Part shown: piece by piece, positions 39,912-49,936 of the stretch
Layout: each line of letters begins with the position of its first letter
How positions within the stretch are numbered: the first letter of the stretch is position 1
DNA from: an uncultured Bacteroidales bacterium
GTDB taxonomy: Bacteria > Bacteroidota > Bacteroidia > Bacteroidales > VadinHA17
Direction: 5' to 3'
Assembly: GCA_963734885.1 (NCBI GenBank)
Contig: CAVTIJ010000007.1
Span: forward strand, 123,620-187,619
Length of the DNA: 64,000 nt
Notes under the pieces: model-generated
Told to the model about the DNA's origin: nothing
The model's database searches: none
The model's input: only the letters and a program-made list of their open reading frames with translations
Made by a program: the position numbers and the translations under genes

Positions 39912-39970
39912 GCAACCCGCGGTTCCCTTTCATAATGAACTCACCCCCTTGGAGGTGTCGAAAAAGCCCC

Positions 39971-40004
39971 TTTTAACCACAAAGGACACAAAGAAAGCAC
40001 AAAG
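39971..40004. repeat. palindromic element, copy 7 (left arm only)
   Basis: TTTTAACCACAAAGGACACAAAGAAAGCACAAAG with no opposing arm. Confidence 0.7.
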
Positions 40005-40199
40005 GGTTCCAACTTTAATTATTTATTAAGATAAAATTCTTCTAATCTCCCGGGCCCTCAGAATATGTACCGGCGTTATCATCATTTTTCCTTGAGTAGC
40101 TAGTTCGTAATTGCAATTTTATTTAACTTTGAATAAGAAGGTCAGATTACTTATTGTATTTAAGCTTATAGTCCCTTATATCAACTAATACCAAAAGAA

Positions 40200-41003
40200 A
40201 TGAAACGTCGCAATTTTATTAAGAATGCAGGTCTCGCCGGAGGATTAATGCTGGTGTCTCCAAAATTACCAAATGTCAAATCACCGGAGGAATATCAGTT
40301 TCCTCTTACAGATCTTCATGTTCACCTAACGAATCAATTTACCATTGATACTGTAATGCAGATTGCTAAAGAAAAGAATGTCAAATTCGGAATTGTCGAT
40401 CATCCTGCCGTTTGGGCAATAAAAGATGATGCGGACCTGAAATCATATATCGATAAATTAAGAAAATATCCAGTATATATAGGTATTCAACCTCTTGAAA
40501 TGGGATGGTCTAAACGTTATTCTCCGGAACTTCTGGCTAAAATTGATTATATTTTGATGGATCCTCAGCGTGTAACCATGAAAAATGGGGAAACTCTGTC
40601 AATCTGGATGTTTGATACATATGTTGAGAACACCGAAGAATTCATGGAACGTTATATGGCTCATAGTCTTGATATTCTCAATAATGAACCTATCAATATT
40701 TTCGGATGGCCGCTCTTTCTCCCGGTCTGTATAGCCCGCGATTATTATACAATCTGGACTGAAGAGAGGATGCAGCAGATAATATCAGCTGCAAAAGCGA
40801 AAAATATTGCCATTGAAATCAATGACATGGCTCATACTCCTCATGATAAGTTTATCCTGATGGCAAAGAAACAGGGACTTAAATTCACTTTTGGATCAGA
40901 TTCACGGAATATGAATGCCGGTCGTCTTGATTATTGTAAATCAGTAGCCAAAAAATGCAATCTGAAGAAGGAAGATTTTTATGTGCCTGTATCTAAAGGA
41001 TAA
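40200..41003 (+). CDS. Tat-signal protein, PHP-like/metal-dependent hydrolase fold (tentative)
   Basis: Twin-arginine signal MKRRNFIKNAGLAGG. DLHVH near the N-terminus and GSDS near the C-terminus are reminiscent of PHP phosphoesterases. Confidence 0.35.
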   Translation: MKRRNFIKNAGLAGGLMLVSPKLPNVKSPEEYQFPLTDLHVHLTNQFTIDTVMQIAKEKNVKFGIVDHPAVWAIKDDADLKSYIDKLRKYPVYIGIQPLEMGWSKRYSPELLAKIDYILMDPQRVTMKNGETLSIWMFDTYVENTEEFMERYMAHSLDILNNEPINIFGWPLFLPVCIARDYYTIWTEERMQQIISAAKAKNIAIEINDMAHTPHDKFILMAKKQGLKFTFGSDSRNMNAGRLDYCKSVAKKCNLKKEDFYVPVSKG

Positions 41004-41093
41004 ATTTAGATCAACAAGTACAAAGAACTTAAAAAGAATACATTGAGGAGCACAGCTTCTCCCGCAAGCATGGGAGATAGAAACAGAGATTGA

Positions 41094-41151
41094 GAGGTTA
41101 AGGTTGAGGTTGAGAATTCTTAACCTTGGCTTCAGTCTTAACCTCCTTTTT
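41094..41151 (+). terminator. long hairpin built from GAGGTTR units, followed by T5 (probable intrinsic terminator)
   Basis: Outer 9-bp stem GAGGTTAAG/CTTAACCTC, inner near-perfect palindrome GGTTGAGAATTCTTAACC, then CTTTTT. Confidence 0.5.
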
Positions 41152-41167
41152 ATATACCTTTGCCTGC

Positions 41168-42670
41168 ATGACAGCTATAAAACGCCTGGCCGGTCAGACC
41201 GCAATCTATGGAATCCCAAGTGTTCTGGGCCGTATTCTAAGTTATCTTTTGGTTCCACTTTATACAAAAGTGTTTCTTCCCGGGGAATATGGTACGGTAA
41301 ATGTTTTCTACTCCTATGCTTCGTTCCTTATGGTAGTTGTGACATATGGAATGGAAACAGCATTTTTCAGATTCAATGAACATGAAAATGACAGAGAAAG
41401 TGTTTTCAGCACCGGGATGATCTCCCTTACTTTTTCCTCAATTATTTTTCTGATCCTTGTTTCATTCTATTCAGGTCATATTGCCAGGTTGATTGACTAC
41501 CCAAATCATAAGGAATATGTAATCTGGTTCGCATGGATACTTGCGCTGGATGCACTTGCAGCTATTCCATTTGCCTATCTCAGGGCCGAACACAGACCGG
41601 CCCGCTTTGCTACCATAAAAATGACCGGTATAGGACTGAACATCGGACTAAATCTGTTTTTCCTTTTGTTGTGTCCTTTTGTTCTGAGCCATTTTCATTC
41701 AAGCCTTCCGGGACGTTTTGTGGCAATAATCTTCAGGCCCCACTGGGGAATAGAATATATTTTTATTTCAAACCTTATTGCCAGCGCTGTAACGCTATTA
41801 ATGCTATTCCCTCAGATTTCAAGGGTAAGATGGAAGATACATCCTGACCTGTGGAAGAGGATGCTTTTGTATGCCTTCCCACTCCTTTTTGCAGGAATGG
41901 CAGGAATTATTAACGAAACCTTCGACAGGCTTTTATTACGTTATCTTCTTCCCAAAGATATTGCTTCCTACCAGGTCGGAATTTATGCGGCCTGTTATAA
42001 GATCTCTATCCTGATGACCATCTTCATCCAGGCTTACAGATATGCTGCAGAGCCCTTCTTTTTTGCTCAGGCTAAGGAAAAAGACGCAAAGGAGGTCTAC
42101 GCAAGAATAATGGACTATTTCATTATTGTAGTATCGCTGATTTTCCTGGTAACAATGCTTTACCTTAATGATTTTGTTATGCCAATCCTGGTAGGGAAAA
42201 AATATTGGGAAGGAAAAGGTGTGATACCCATATTAATGATGGCTAATCTTTTTCTCGGCGTTTATTATAACCTTTCAATCTGGTATAAGCTCACCGGCAA
42301 AACTTCCTGGGGAGCATGGCTCTCGCTCTTCGGCGCTATTATTACACTTATTCTCAACTTCTGGTGGATACCTCTCAGCTCTGATCATATGATTTATGGC
42401 TATTATGGATCAGCATGGGCAACTTTCATTTGTTATGGTTCAATGATGATACTTTCATATATTATCGGACAAAAATATTTTCCTGTAAATTATAACCTCG
42501 GAAAATTCACAGGATATTTGGGGCTATCTGTGTTGTTATATGCTGTAAGCACAATGATAAATCCGGAGCTGAAAGTTATAAGTATTGGTTTTCATACAAT
42601 CCTTGTGCTGATCTTTCTTTCAATAGTCTTTCTTGTTGAGAAACCAAAACTTTCGGCAATTTTCAAGTAA
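41168..42670 (+). CDS. polysaccharide biosynthesis / oligosaccharide flippase (MOP superfamily)
   Basis: MTAIKRLAGQTAIYGIPSVLGRILSYLLVPLYT start and about 14 TM. The start is moved from 41126, which lies in the hairpin. Confidence 0.75.
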   Translation: MTAIKRLAGQTAIYGIPSVLGRILSYLLVPLYTKVFLPGEYGTVNVFYSYASFLMVVVTYGMETAFFRFNEHENDRESVFSTGMISLTFSSIIFLILVSFYSGHIARLIDYPNHKEYVIWFAWILALDALAAIPFAYLRAEHRPARFATIKMTGIGLNIGLNLFFLLLCPFVLSHFHSSLPGRFVAIIFRPHWGIEYIFISNLIASAVTLLMLFPQISRVRWKIHPDLWKRMLLYAFPLLFAGMAGIINETFDRLLLRYLLPKDIASYQVGIYAACYKISILMTIFIQAYRYAAEPFFFAQAKEKDAKEVYARIMDYFIIVVSLIFLVTMLYLNDFVMPILVGKKYWEGKGVIPILMMANLFLGVYYNLSIWYKLTGKTSWGAWLSLFGAIITLILNFWWIPLSSDHMIYGYYGSAWATFICYGSMMILSYIIGQKYFPVNYNLGKFTGYLGLSVLLYAVSTMINPELKVISIGFHTILVLIFLSIVFLVEKPKLSAIFK

Positions 42671-42717
42671 AGAAGAGAATGTTTAATTAGTACTTTCACA
42701 ATTTAAAATTTAAAGCA

Positions 42718-43428
42718 ATGGCGGTCACCAAATTGGTTCACAAAGAAGAACACCTAGGGAGTTCAGAATTCATTACAGATATAGTGATCGGAATGTCTGA
42801 TGGTCTTACAGTGCCTTTTGCCCTGGCTGCAGGATTGAGCGGAGCCGTGCAACACAACTCAATTGTTATTACAGCAGGGATAGCGGAGATTGTAGCTGGC
42901 AGCATTGCAATGGGACTGGGAGGCTATCTTGCCGGGAAAACGGAACAGGAACATTACCAGTCGGAATTAAAAAGAGAATATGATGAAATTGAGGATATCC
43001 CTGAAGAAGAAAAAAAAGAGGTTAAGCTGGTTTTTGCCGAATATGGTCTGAATGAGGTGACTCAGAACATTATAGCTGACGAGATGGCAAAAGATAAAGA
43101 TAAGTGGGTCGACTTCATGATGAAATATGAACTTGGTCTGGAAAAGCCAAATGTTAACAGAGCCAGGAATAGCGCGGCTACAATAGGTATTTCATACATA
43201 GTGGGAGGATTGATCCCTCTTTCAGGATATTTCTTTACCAAAACTCCGTATCAGGGTCTTATCATCTCGGCCGTCCTTACCGTGATCTGCCTGTTCCTTT
43301 TCGGTTATTTTAAAAGCAAAGTTACAGGACAACCTCTTATCAAAGGAGCCTTAAAGGTCACTCTTATCGGAATTACTGCGGCAGCTGCAGCATTCCTTGT
43401 TGCAAAAACCTTCAATAACCTCTTTTAA
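42718..43428 (+). CDS. VIT1/CCC1 family iron/manganese transporter
   Basis: GMSDGLTVPFALAAGLSGA, an acidic central helix (EEEKKE) and C-terminal TM helices. Confidence 0.85.
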   Translation: MAVTKLVHKEEHLGSSEFITDIVIGMSDGLTVPFALAAGLSGAVQHNSIVITAGIAEIVAGSIAMGLGGYLAGKTEQEHYQSELKREYDEIEDIPEEEKKEVKLVFAEYGLNEVTQNIIADEMAKDKDKWVDFMMKYELGLEKPNVNRARNSAATIGISYIVGGLIPLSGYFFTKTPYQGLIISAVLTVICLFLFGYFKSKVTGQPLIKGALKVTLIGITAAAAAFLVAKTFNNLF

Positions 43429-43445
43429 GAAATTACAGGATAAAT

Positions 43446-43817
43446 ATGAAATTTGAACATCGCAAACAGAAAATTGCTGCCTTCCCGGTATTTCTCAGAC
43501 GAGTCTTAAAATACACACTGTTTGCCGGGATTTTGATAATTTTTTCTGTATCCATTGGAACTTCTGGTTATCATTATATCGCAAAACTAAGGTGGCTTGA
43601 TAGTTTTCACATGGCATGCATGATACTTACCGGGATGGGGCCAGTGAGTGACATGAAATCGGATGGGGCAAAGATATTTTCTTCACTTTTTGCATTATAT
43701 AGCGGGGTTGCATTCCTAAGTATTACCGCGGTCTTCTTCGCTCCTATCGTACACAGGTTTCTTCATATTCTTCATTTTGAACCCGAGAAGGATATGGATA
43801 AAGAATCCGGTAAATAA
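43446..43817 (+). CDS. small membrane protein with pore-loop-like segment (ion-channel-like, tentative)
   Basis: TM helix, then re-entrant-like MILTGMGPVSD, then a second TM helix. No canonical TVGYG filter. Confidence 0.3.
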   Translation: MKFEHRKQKIAAFPVFLRRVLKYTLFAGILIIFSVSIGTSGYHYIAKLRWLDSFHMACMILTGMGPVSDMKSDGAKIFSSLFALYSGVAFLSITAVFFAPIVHRFLHILHFEPEKDMDKESGK

Positions 43818-43875
43818 ATCAGATCAAACCTTAAAATATTATTCTAATCAACCTGCTGTGTCAGGATATTTATCT

Positions 43876-46026
43876 ATGAAAAGAACAACTTTAATTATTT
43901 TAATTCTAACCTGCATCAGTAAGATCATCGTCGGGCAAAATGGAATATCAGACTCAACAAAAAATTTTAGTCTCGATGAAATAATTGTAACGGCTAACAG
44001 AGTTCCGATTCTTTTAAAAAACAATCCCGGTTCTATTTCGCTGGTAACCCCTGAAGTTCTTTCGTTAATGCCAAAATCAGCCGGCGCTGAAGAAGCACTT
44101 CGGTTAATTCCCGGGGTACGTATCGATAATCAACATGATGGAGAACGTATCCATATGTCAATTCGCGGTCAGGGTATTTTGACTGAAAGAGGATTACGCG
44201 GGATCGGCGTTTTGATTGATGGTATACCTGTAAATGATCCTTCTGGTTTTGCACCGGACCTCTATGATGTGGATTGGGCAACAGTTAACAAAATTGAGGT
44301 TTTAAGAGGTCCCTCAGCGAGTTTATACGGAGGTGGCGGTGCCGGAGGTGTTTTATCGATAACTACAAACGATGGTGGCACAAAATCGTTAGGAGGTGAA
44401 CTAAATCAAACCTTTGGTTCAAATGGCTATTCAAAATCGCTGGTTCAATTGGACGGGTCTCATGATAATCTGAACTACAGGGTAAGTTATTCACGCACCG
44501 GTGGGGATGGATACCGCGATCATCAGGCGTTTCGCGGTAATAAGATTTATGAGAAAATCAATTTCTATCCTTCCAAAAAATTGTCAGTTACACAGATCAT
44601 TTCCCATATTGACTACTTCCAGCAAAACCCTGAAGGTTTAAATATTAGTCAGTTTGATAACCTCCGACAGGCAAACCCCGACGCAAATCCATTCAATGAA
44701 TATCAGAAAACTAATCGTACAACAATCGGTTTTCACTCCAAATATAGTTTCAGTGAAATTCACGATGTGGAAGTCACTTCATATCTGCGGTCATGGACAT
44801 ACAAGGAAACCAGTAATAAGAATGCAGAATACAGGAATATTACAAATCCAGGCCTCAGCTTTCAATACAACCTGCATTTAAGTACCGGAAAAGTTAAAAA
44901 TGATATCAGTTTTGGCGCCGATCTCAAGTGGCAGAATATTGGCGTTTACAAATTACAAAGCGCTGCAAATCCGCAAAGAAAGGAGAGTCTGAGCGAAGAC
45001 AACATAGAAACAGATTCATTGCTCGCTAATCAGACAATTTCGCAAAATAGCCTTGGGGCATTTGCTCTGTATAAACTCAGACTCGGAAAATTAAGTGCAG
45101 TCGGAAGTTTCAGGTATGAGACAATGAATAATGAACTTACAAATAAAATGTTTGGCGCCGATTCAGCCAAAACAGTTAAAAATTTTGAAAAAGTATCTGC
45201 CCGTATTGGTCTAAATTACTCTTTGATGAAAGCGATTAATGTATTTATCGACTGGAGTCATGGTTTTCTGCCGCCCTCTACCGAAGAACTGGCAAGCAAT
45301 CCGACAGGTTATAGCGGATTCAATACTCATCTCATTCCTGCAACAGCTGATTGCGGGGAAATAGGAATCCGCGGATTTTACCAGAACAAATTATCTTATG
45401 AATTGACCGGTTTTGTTATGAATACTGAGAATGATTTCTTCCGTTTTAAACAATCGGGAAGAGGAAATCAGGAGGTATTTTATGGTAATGCAGGAAACAG
45501 CAAAAGGTATGGCATTGAAACTTTCGTCTCTTACCAGATACTCAAAAACCTTAGTCTGCAGGCAGCTTATACTTTTGCTGACTATAAATATACATCATCG
45601 GTGATAGATCCGGTTTACACCGATCCGGCTTATGTCCTTACCGCTCCTCCGGCAAAAGGACAATGGTTGCCGAATTCTCCCAGGAATCAGTTCTACGCTG
45701 AAATCGTTTATACAATCCATAAAAAGATCAAATTAAGTTTTGCCTCTGAACTTCAGTCAAAGTGGGCTATTTATACCGATCCAAAAGCATATAATGGCGA
45801 ACTTGATCCGGCAATATATCAGAACTGGCAGAAAGGATTTAATCTATATCATGCCAGAATATCTTACGAACTGAGTATTGGAAAAGTGAATGGGGAATGC
45901 AGCTTCTTTATCCGTAATCTCACAGGTGCCAGATACATGGCATTCACCGAACCCGATCCGGATGGTAATGCCTATCACCCTGGACCAACAAGAGAATTTT
46001 TCGGAAATATTAAAATAAGATTTTGA
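43876..46026 (+). CDS. TonB-dependent receptor
   Basis: Signal peptide. Plug motifs (IIVTANR, EALRLIPGV, IRG, DGIPVNDP) and a C-terminal ...FGNIKIRF. The start is at MKRTT. Confidence 0.85.
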   Translation: MKRTTLIILILTCISKIIVGQNGISDSTKNFSLDEIIVTANRVPILLKNNPGSISLVTPEVLSLMPKSAGAEEALRLIPGVRIDNQHDGERIHMSIRGQGILTERGLRGIGVLIDGIPVNDPSGFAPDLYDVDWATVNKIEVLRGPSASLYGGGGAGGVLSITTNDGGTKSLGGELNQTFGSNGYSKSLVQLDGSHDNLNYRVSYSRTGGDGYRDHQAFRGNKIYEKINFYPSKKLSVTQIISHIDYFQQNPEGLNISQFDNLRQANPDANPFNEYQKTNRTTIGFHSKYSFSEIHDVEVTSYLRSWTYKETSNKNAEYRNITNPGLSFQYNLHLSTGKVKNDISFGADLKWQNIGVYKLQSAANPQRKESLSEDNIETDSLLANQTISQNSLGAFALYKLRLGKLSAVGSFRYETMNNELTNKMFGADSAKTVKNFEKVSARIGLNYSLMKAINVFIDWSHGFLPPSTEELASNPTGYSGFNTHLIPATADCGEIGIRGFYQNKLSYELTGFVMNTENDFFRFKQSGRGNQEVFYGNAGNSKRYGIETFVSYQILKNLSLQAAYTFADYKYTSSVIDPVYTDPAYVLTAPPAKGQWLPNSPRNQFYAEIVYTIHKKIKLSFASELQSKWAIYTDPKAYNGELDPAIYQNWQKGFNLYHARISYELSIGKVNGECSFFIRNLTGARYMAFTEPDPDGNAYHPGPTREFFGNIKIRF

Positions 46027-46041
46027 AATTCGTCCAGCCAA

Positions 46042-46095
46042 CTTTGTGTCCTTTGTGTAAATTACTTTGTGTTCTTTGTGGTTAAAGGATTTCAT
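46042..46095. repeat. palindromic element, copy 8 (right arm only)
   Basis: CTTTGTG x4 + GTTAAAGGATTTCAT, 15 nt after the receptor's stop. Confidence 0.8.
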
Positions 46096-46157
46096 TTATT
46101 TATTTTTATACGATGAAAAATGCAATTCCAAAAAAGTAGACACAAAGAATAATTATT

Positions 46158-46637
46158 ATGAATGAGTTTGAAACACTCTGCAAAGAAATCGAAGCACTGG
46201 TTCAGGAATGGGAACCAAAACTTAATAGTCTCCCTGAAGAAATAATCTCTAAACGAAGAAATGTCCAGAACAGGAATATGAAGCAGATAACGGGGCATAT
46301 TATTGATTCATGCACTAACAATATTCACAGAATCGTACATCTTCAGAATCTTGCGTCACCACTGGTTTATCCGAATTATGCATCTCATGGTAATAATGAC
46401 AAATGGATTGCCATTCAGGATTATGAGAATGAGGATTGGAATATTCTTGTGCAGTTAATGAAGTATTCACTCCTGCACATCAGTCATATTATCAGAAATG
46501 TGAATAGTGATATGTTGAATAATGAATGGATTGCTGGTGAAGACAGAAATATTAAATTAAAAGATCTCATTGTAGATTTCCTGAGACATTTAAAACTCCA
46601 TCTCTCTGAAATTGATGACCTGATAAATAAAAAATAG
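46158..46637 (+). CDS. DinB-like four-helix-bundle protein (tentative)
   Basis: ITGHIIDSCTNNIHRIVHLQ and a C-terminal HLKLHLSEI, His-rich as in the DinB_2 family. Confidence 0.4.
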   Translation: MNEFETLCKEIEALVQEWEPKLNSLPEEIISKRRNVQNRNMKQITGHIIDSCTNNIHRIVHLQNLASPLVYPNYASHGNNDKWIAIQDYENEDWNILVQLMKYSLLHISHIIRNVNSDMLNNEWIAGEDRNIKLKDLIVDFLRHLKLHLSEIDDLINKK

Positions 46638-46648
46638 TTCTGAATTCA

Positions 46649-47059
46649 ATGAAACCAGTTCACTTTGATATAAGTCATATTGCTGCATGTGGCATAAACT
46701 GCGGTACTTGCAGAGCTTATCTCAGGGAAAGGAACAAATGCACCGGTTGCCGGGCATCCTCGGGTCAGAATATTCCGCATTGTTCAACCTGTAAAATCAG
46801 GAATTGTGAAATGCTGGATAAAACCAATTCAAAATTCTGTTATGAGTGTAAGGAATTCCCCTGCATAAGGATCAGGAAAATTGACAAGAGATACCAGGTA
46901 AAATACAGAACCAGCCTGATTCAAAATCTGAAAACGCTGAGTATTACAAACGTTGATACTTATATATTAAATGAGAGTGCTAAATGGACATGTAAGAATT
47001 GTGGATCAGTTCTTACTATTCATGAAACTAGTTGTTTAAACTGCGGAACTGAGTACTAA
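46649..47059 (+). CDS. DUF3795-like Cys-rich protein
   Basis: CGINCGTCRAY...CTGC...CSTCKIRNC...CYECKEFPC...CKNCG...CLNCG cysteine pattern. Confidence 0.55.
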   Translation: MKPVHFDISHIAACGINCGTCRAYLRERNKCTGCRASSGQNIPHCSTCKIRNCEMLDKTNSKFCYECKEFPCIRIRKIDKRYQVKYRTSLIQNLKTLSITNVDTYILNESAKWTCKNCGSVLTIHETSCLNCGTEY

Positions 47060-47112
47060 AAAAAATCGTTTCACTACCTTTGTATCAGATTCACAAAAGC
47101 AATATAACTCTT

Positions 47113-47790
47113 ATGAAAGCATTTAAAATAAATCAATTTTATCTGACAGGTATTCTGGCAGTTTTCATTTCATTTTCAGGAAAAGCTCAGGAAAACTCGG
47201 CTATTTATGATCTTCCCTCGATGGTTGAAAAAAATCTGTTCGAGGTCTACAACAGGACAATAAGCTCGTTTTCAGAGAATGGGAAGGAAGGTGTCAGGCT
47301 TTCAAAAAACGAAAATGATGGTGTGGCATGGCTGAAACATGTGATCTTTTCAAATGGAGTTATCGAACTTGACATGAGAGGGAAAGAGGACTTACAGCAA
47401 AGCTTTATAGGCATTGCTTTCCATGCAATGGATAATAATACATTTGATGCTATTTATTTTCGTCCTTTTAATTTCCAAACTGACGATCCTGTCAGGAAGA
47501 TTCATGCAGTTCAATATGTATCAATGCCAGATTATCCCTGGGAGGTCCTTCGTGAAAAGTTTAACGGCAAGTACGAAAAAGCTATTATTCCTGCGCCAAA
47601 AGGGACCGAATGGTTTCATGTAAAAATAGTTGTGAAATCACAGCAGGTTTCCGTTTATGTAAATGGAAACCATGAAGCCAGTCTCAGCGTTGAAACCCTT
47701 AATTCCAGGGCTAGCGGTAAAATCGGATTATGGGTCGGAAATAATTCAGACGGAGATTTTGCCAATATGCAAATTACCCCGCTTGAATAA
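47113..47790 (+). CDS. secreted concanavalin/LamG-like (DUF1080-like) protein
   Basis: Signal peptide. WFHVKIVVKSQQVSVYVNG and GKIGLWVGNNSDGDFANMQI are typical jelly-roll strands. Confidence 0.4.
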   Translation: MKAFKINQFYLTGILAVFISFSGKAQENSAIYDLPSMVEKNLFEVYNRTISSFSENGKEGVRLSKNENDGVAWLKHVIFSNGVIELDMRGKEDLQQSFIGIAFHAMDNNTFDAIYFRPFNFQTDDPVRKIHAVQYVSMPDYPWEVLREKFNGKYEKAIIPAPKGTEWFHVKIVVKSQQVSVYVNGNHEASLSVETLNSRASGKIGLWVGNNSDGDFANMQITPLE

Positions 47791-47801
47791 GAAATTAATT
47801 A

Positions 47802-48453
47802 ATGATAAGAGTAAAGATTTGTTGCATTAGCAGCGAGGATGAAGCCAGGATAGCAATAGAATCGGGGGCTTCAGCAATAGGCCTGGTTGCATGGATGCCA
47901 AGCGGCCCGGGACCTATTGCAGATAAGTTGATACAGGCAAATTGCAAAATCAGTCCCTCCTCCTGTTGCGACTTTCATGCTTACAAGTGAGACTTCGGTT
48001 AAGAAAATAATTGAGCATCACAACCGGACAAATACCAGCACAATTCAGATCGTGGATAAATTATCAGCTGGTACTTATGCTGAGTTGAAATCTGCATTAC
48101 CCGATACTAAAATTGTTCAGGTAATTCATGTAATCGATGAAAGCTCGGTTGAAGAGGCTTTTGGTATCTCAGCAATGGTGGATGCAATCCTTCTCGACAG
48201 TGGAAACCCGAAACTAAAAATAAAAGAACTCGGAGGAACCGGGAGAGTTCATAACTGGAAATTAAGCAGAAGGATAGTAGAGATCGCAAAATGCCCTGTA
48301 TTTCTTGCCGGTGGTCTTAATCCTGAAAATGTAAAGCAAGCAATTGATGAGGTTCATCCCTTTGCAATGGATGTTTGCAGCGGAGTGAGAACCGATGGTC
48401 GTCTGGATAGAAAGAAGGTAGAATTATTTATAAGAAATGTTACCGAAATTTAG
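47802..48453 (+). pseudogene. trpF: phosphoribosylanthranilate isomerase, one frameshift
   Basis: MIRVKICCISSEDEARIAIESGASAIGLV... / IAKSVPPPVATFMLTSE...GGTGRVHNW...FLAGGLNPENV...DVCSGVR. The frame changes at about 47936-47942. No other trp genes are nearby. Confidence 0.7.
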
Positions 48454-48459
48454 AAAAGC

Positions 48460-48600
48460 TTTTTAATCACGAGCACACAAAGACCACCTCCGCGGAAGCT
48501 TCGGTGGTTAAAAGGCACAAGGGCAAAAGTTAAGACCTCACTTTTAAAACCTTTGTTCCTTTGTGTTTTTCCTTTGTGACCTTTGTGGTTAAAGGATTTA
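48460..48600. repeat. CACAAAG/CTTTGTG palindromic intergenic element, copy 9
   Basis: Degenerate left arm with an internal hairpin ACCACC...GGTGGT (48483-48508). Right arm has CTTTGT(T/G) x4 + GTTAAAGGATTTAAA. Confidence 0.8.
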
Positions 48601-48678
48601 AATTTTCTATCTTTCCGATGCAAGAAGAGTTAATCCAGAAAAATTAAAAACAGTTCTCAGATTTAAAACTATATCAAA

Positions 48679-49473
48679 ATGATTAAAAAAATCTTCTTTT
48701 ATTCAATCGTGATGCTTCTGGTTCTCACCGGAACAAAATTGATGGCACAGAATCAGAAAATGGCAGGCACATTAAAAAGCCGGCCTGTTCCTGTAGCAGG
48801 TTTTAAGCACAGTGATATTGGAAGTCCGTCAATTGCAGGAACTGTGAAAATCGCCGGAAATGGATTTGACATTATTGGTGGCGGCGCAGATATCTGGGGA
48901 GTAAAAGATGAATTCAATTTCGTATATATTCAGCGTTCGGGAGATTTTGATATTATGACCCGAATAGAGAGCCTGATGGCTGCTAATCTTTACACAAAAG
49001 CAGGGATAATGGCCCGGGAAGATCTCACTCCTGATTGCAGACATATATTTTTCCAGGTATTCTCAGATAACAATCCACGAAATAATAATAACGGAGGATA
49101 TGAATTTCAGTATCGTCAGGTTAAGGCTGGGGAAATGAAAGCTATTTATCCTAAAAATTCAAAGGGTACTCCGGAATTTCCCGTTAACTATCCTGATACC
49201 TGGGTAAGGCTTCAGCGTACAGGTAATATTTTCACAGGTTATTATAGCTCCGATGGAAAAATCTGGAAAGAATATACGAAATATACTCTTGAACTTCCTT
49301 CAAAAATCTATCTTGGCCTGGCTGTTACTTCTCATAACACATCCCATTCAGCATCTGCAAAATTCAGAAATATTGAGCTGAACTTAACACTAGAAACAGA
49401 CATAATAATGAGGCATAGATCATGTTGCTATCTGGACAGACCATCTGGAGAGATTAAAGGAATTTTATGTTAA
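48679..49473 (+). CDS. secreted concanavalin A-like (DUF1349-like) protein; 3' end uncertain
   Basis: Signal peptide. GADIWGVKDEFNFVYIQRSGDFDI...YTKAGIMARED motif. The last ~22 codons overlap the start of a VOC pseudogene and may be read-through. Confidence 0.45.
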   Translation: MIKKIFFYSIVMLLVLTGTKLMAQNQKMAGTLKSRPVPVAGFKHSDIGSPSIAGTVKIAGNGFDIIGGGADIWGVKDEFNFVYIQRSGDFDIMTRIESLMAANLYTKAGIMAREDLTPDCRHIFFQVFSDNNPRNNNNGGYEFQYRQVKAGEMKAIYPKNSKGTPEFPVNYPDTWVRLQRTGNIFTGYYSSDGKIWKEYTKYTLELPSKIYLGLAVTSHNTSHSASAKFRNIELNLTLETDIIMRHRSCCYLDRPSGEIKGILC

Positions 49474-49789
49474 GTATTTCGATGGAAAATCAAATTCAAA
49501 ATACCTCAATAAGGAAACAGGTTTTGAGAGTTACTTCATCACTTTTCAGTCAGGCACAAGGCTTGAAGTGATGCAGAAACCTGGAATACCTGCAAATCTT
49601 AATGACCCGATTGCTCAATACCAGGGAATTATCCATCTGTCTTTTGGTGTTGATGACATGAAGAAGGTCGATGAAAAACTGGAGATGCTGAGAAATGACG
49701 GTTTCAGAATATTGAGAGGTCCGCGCAAAACAGGGGATGGATATTATGAATTCGAAACCCTCGATCCCGACAATAACAGGTTGAGGTAA
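49408..49789 (+). pseudogene. VOC/glyoxalase family protein, frameshift directly after start codon
   Basis: ATG at 49408 (MR), then the frame shifts to (G)IDHVAIWTDHLERLKEFYVKYF...IIHLSFGVDD...YYEFETLDPDNNRL. Confidence 0.6.
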
Positions 49790-49817
49790 TGTCAACTTTT
49801 AAAGACTAGATCTTATT

Positions 49818-49913
49818 CCTTTGTGTACCTTCGTGTTAACCTTTGTGTTCCTTTGTGGTAAAAAAATCCATTAACCACAAAGTAACAAAGTAAAAAACAA
49901 AGTAACATAAAGG
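49818..49913. repeat. palindromic element, copy 10 ('inside-out': CTTTGTG arm, tail, then ACAAAG arm)
   Basis: CTTTGTG/CTTCGTG x4 + GGT, then AAAAAAATCCATTAACCACAAAG, then (T/A)AACAAAG x3. Confidence 0.8.
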
Positions 49914-49936
49914 AAAATACAATATATGAATGTGCT

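Noticed and set aside
41104-41847. ORFs 41104..41379 and 41533..41847, and the 41126 start of the flippase
   Set aside because: These are alternative-frame ORFs inside the flippase gene. The 41126 start lies within the upstream terminator hairpin, and the conserved MTAIKRLAGQTAIYG start is at 41168.
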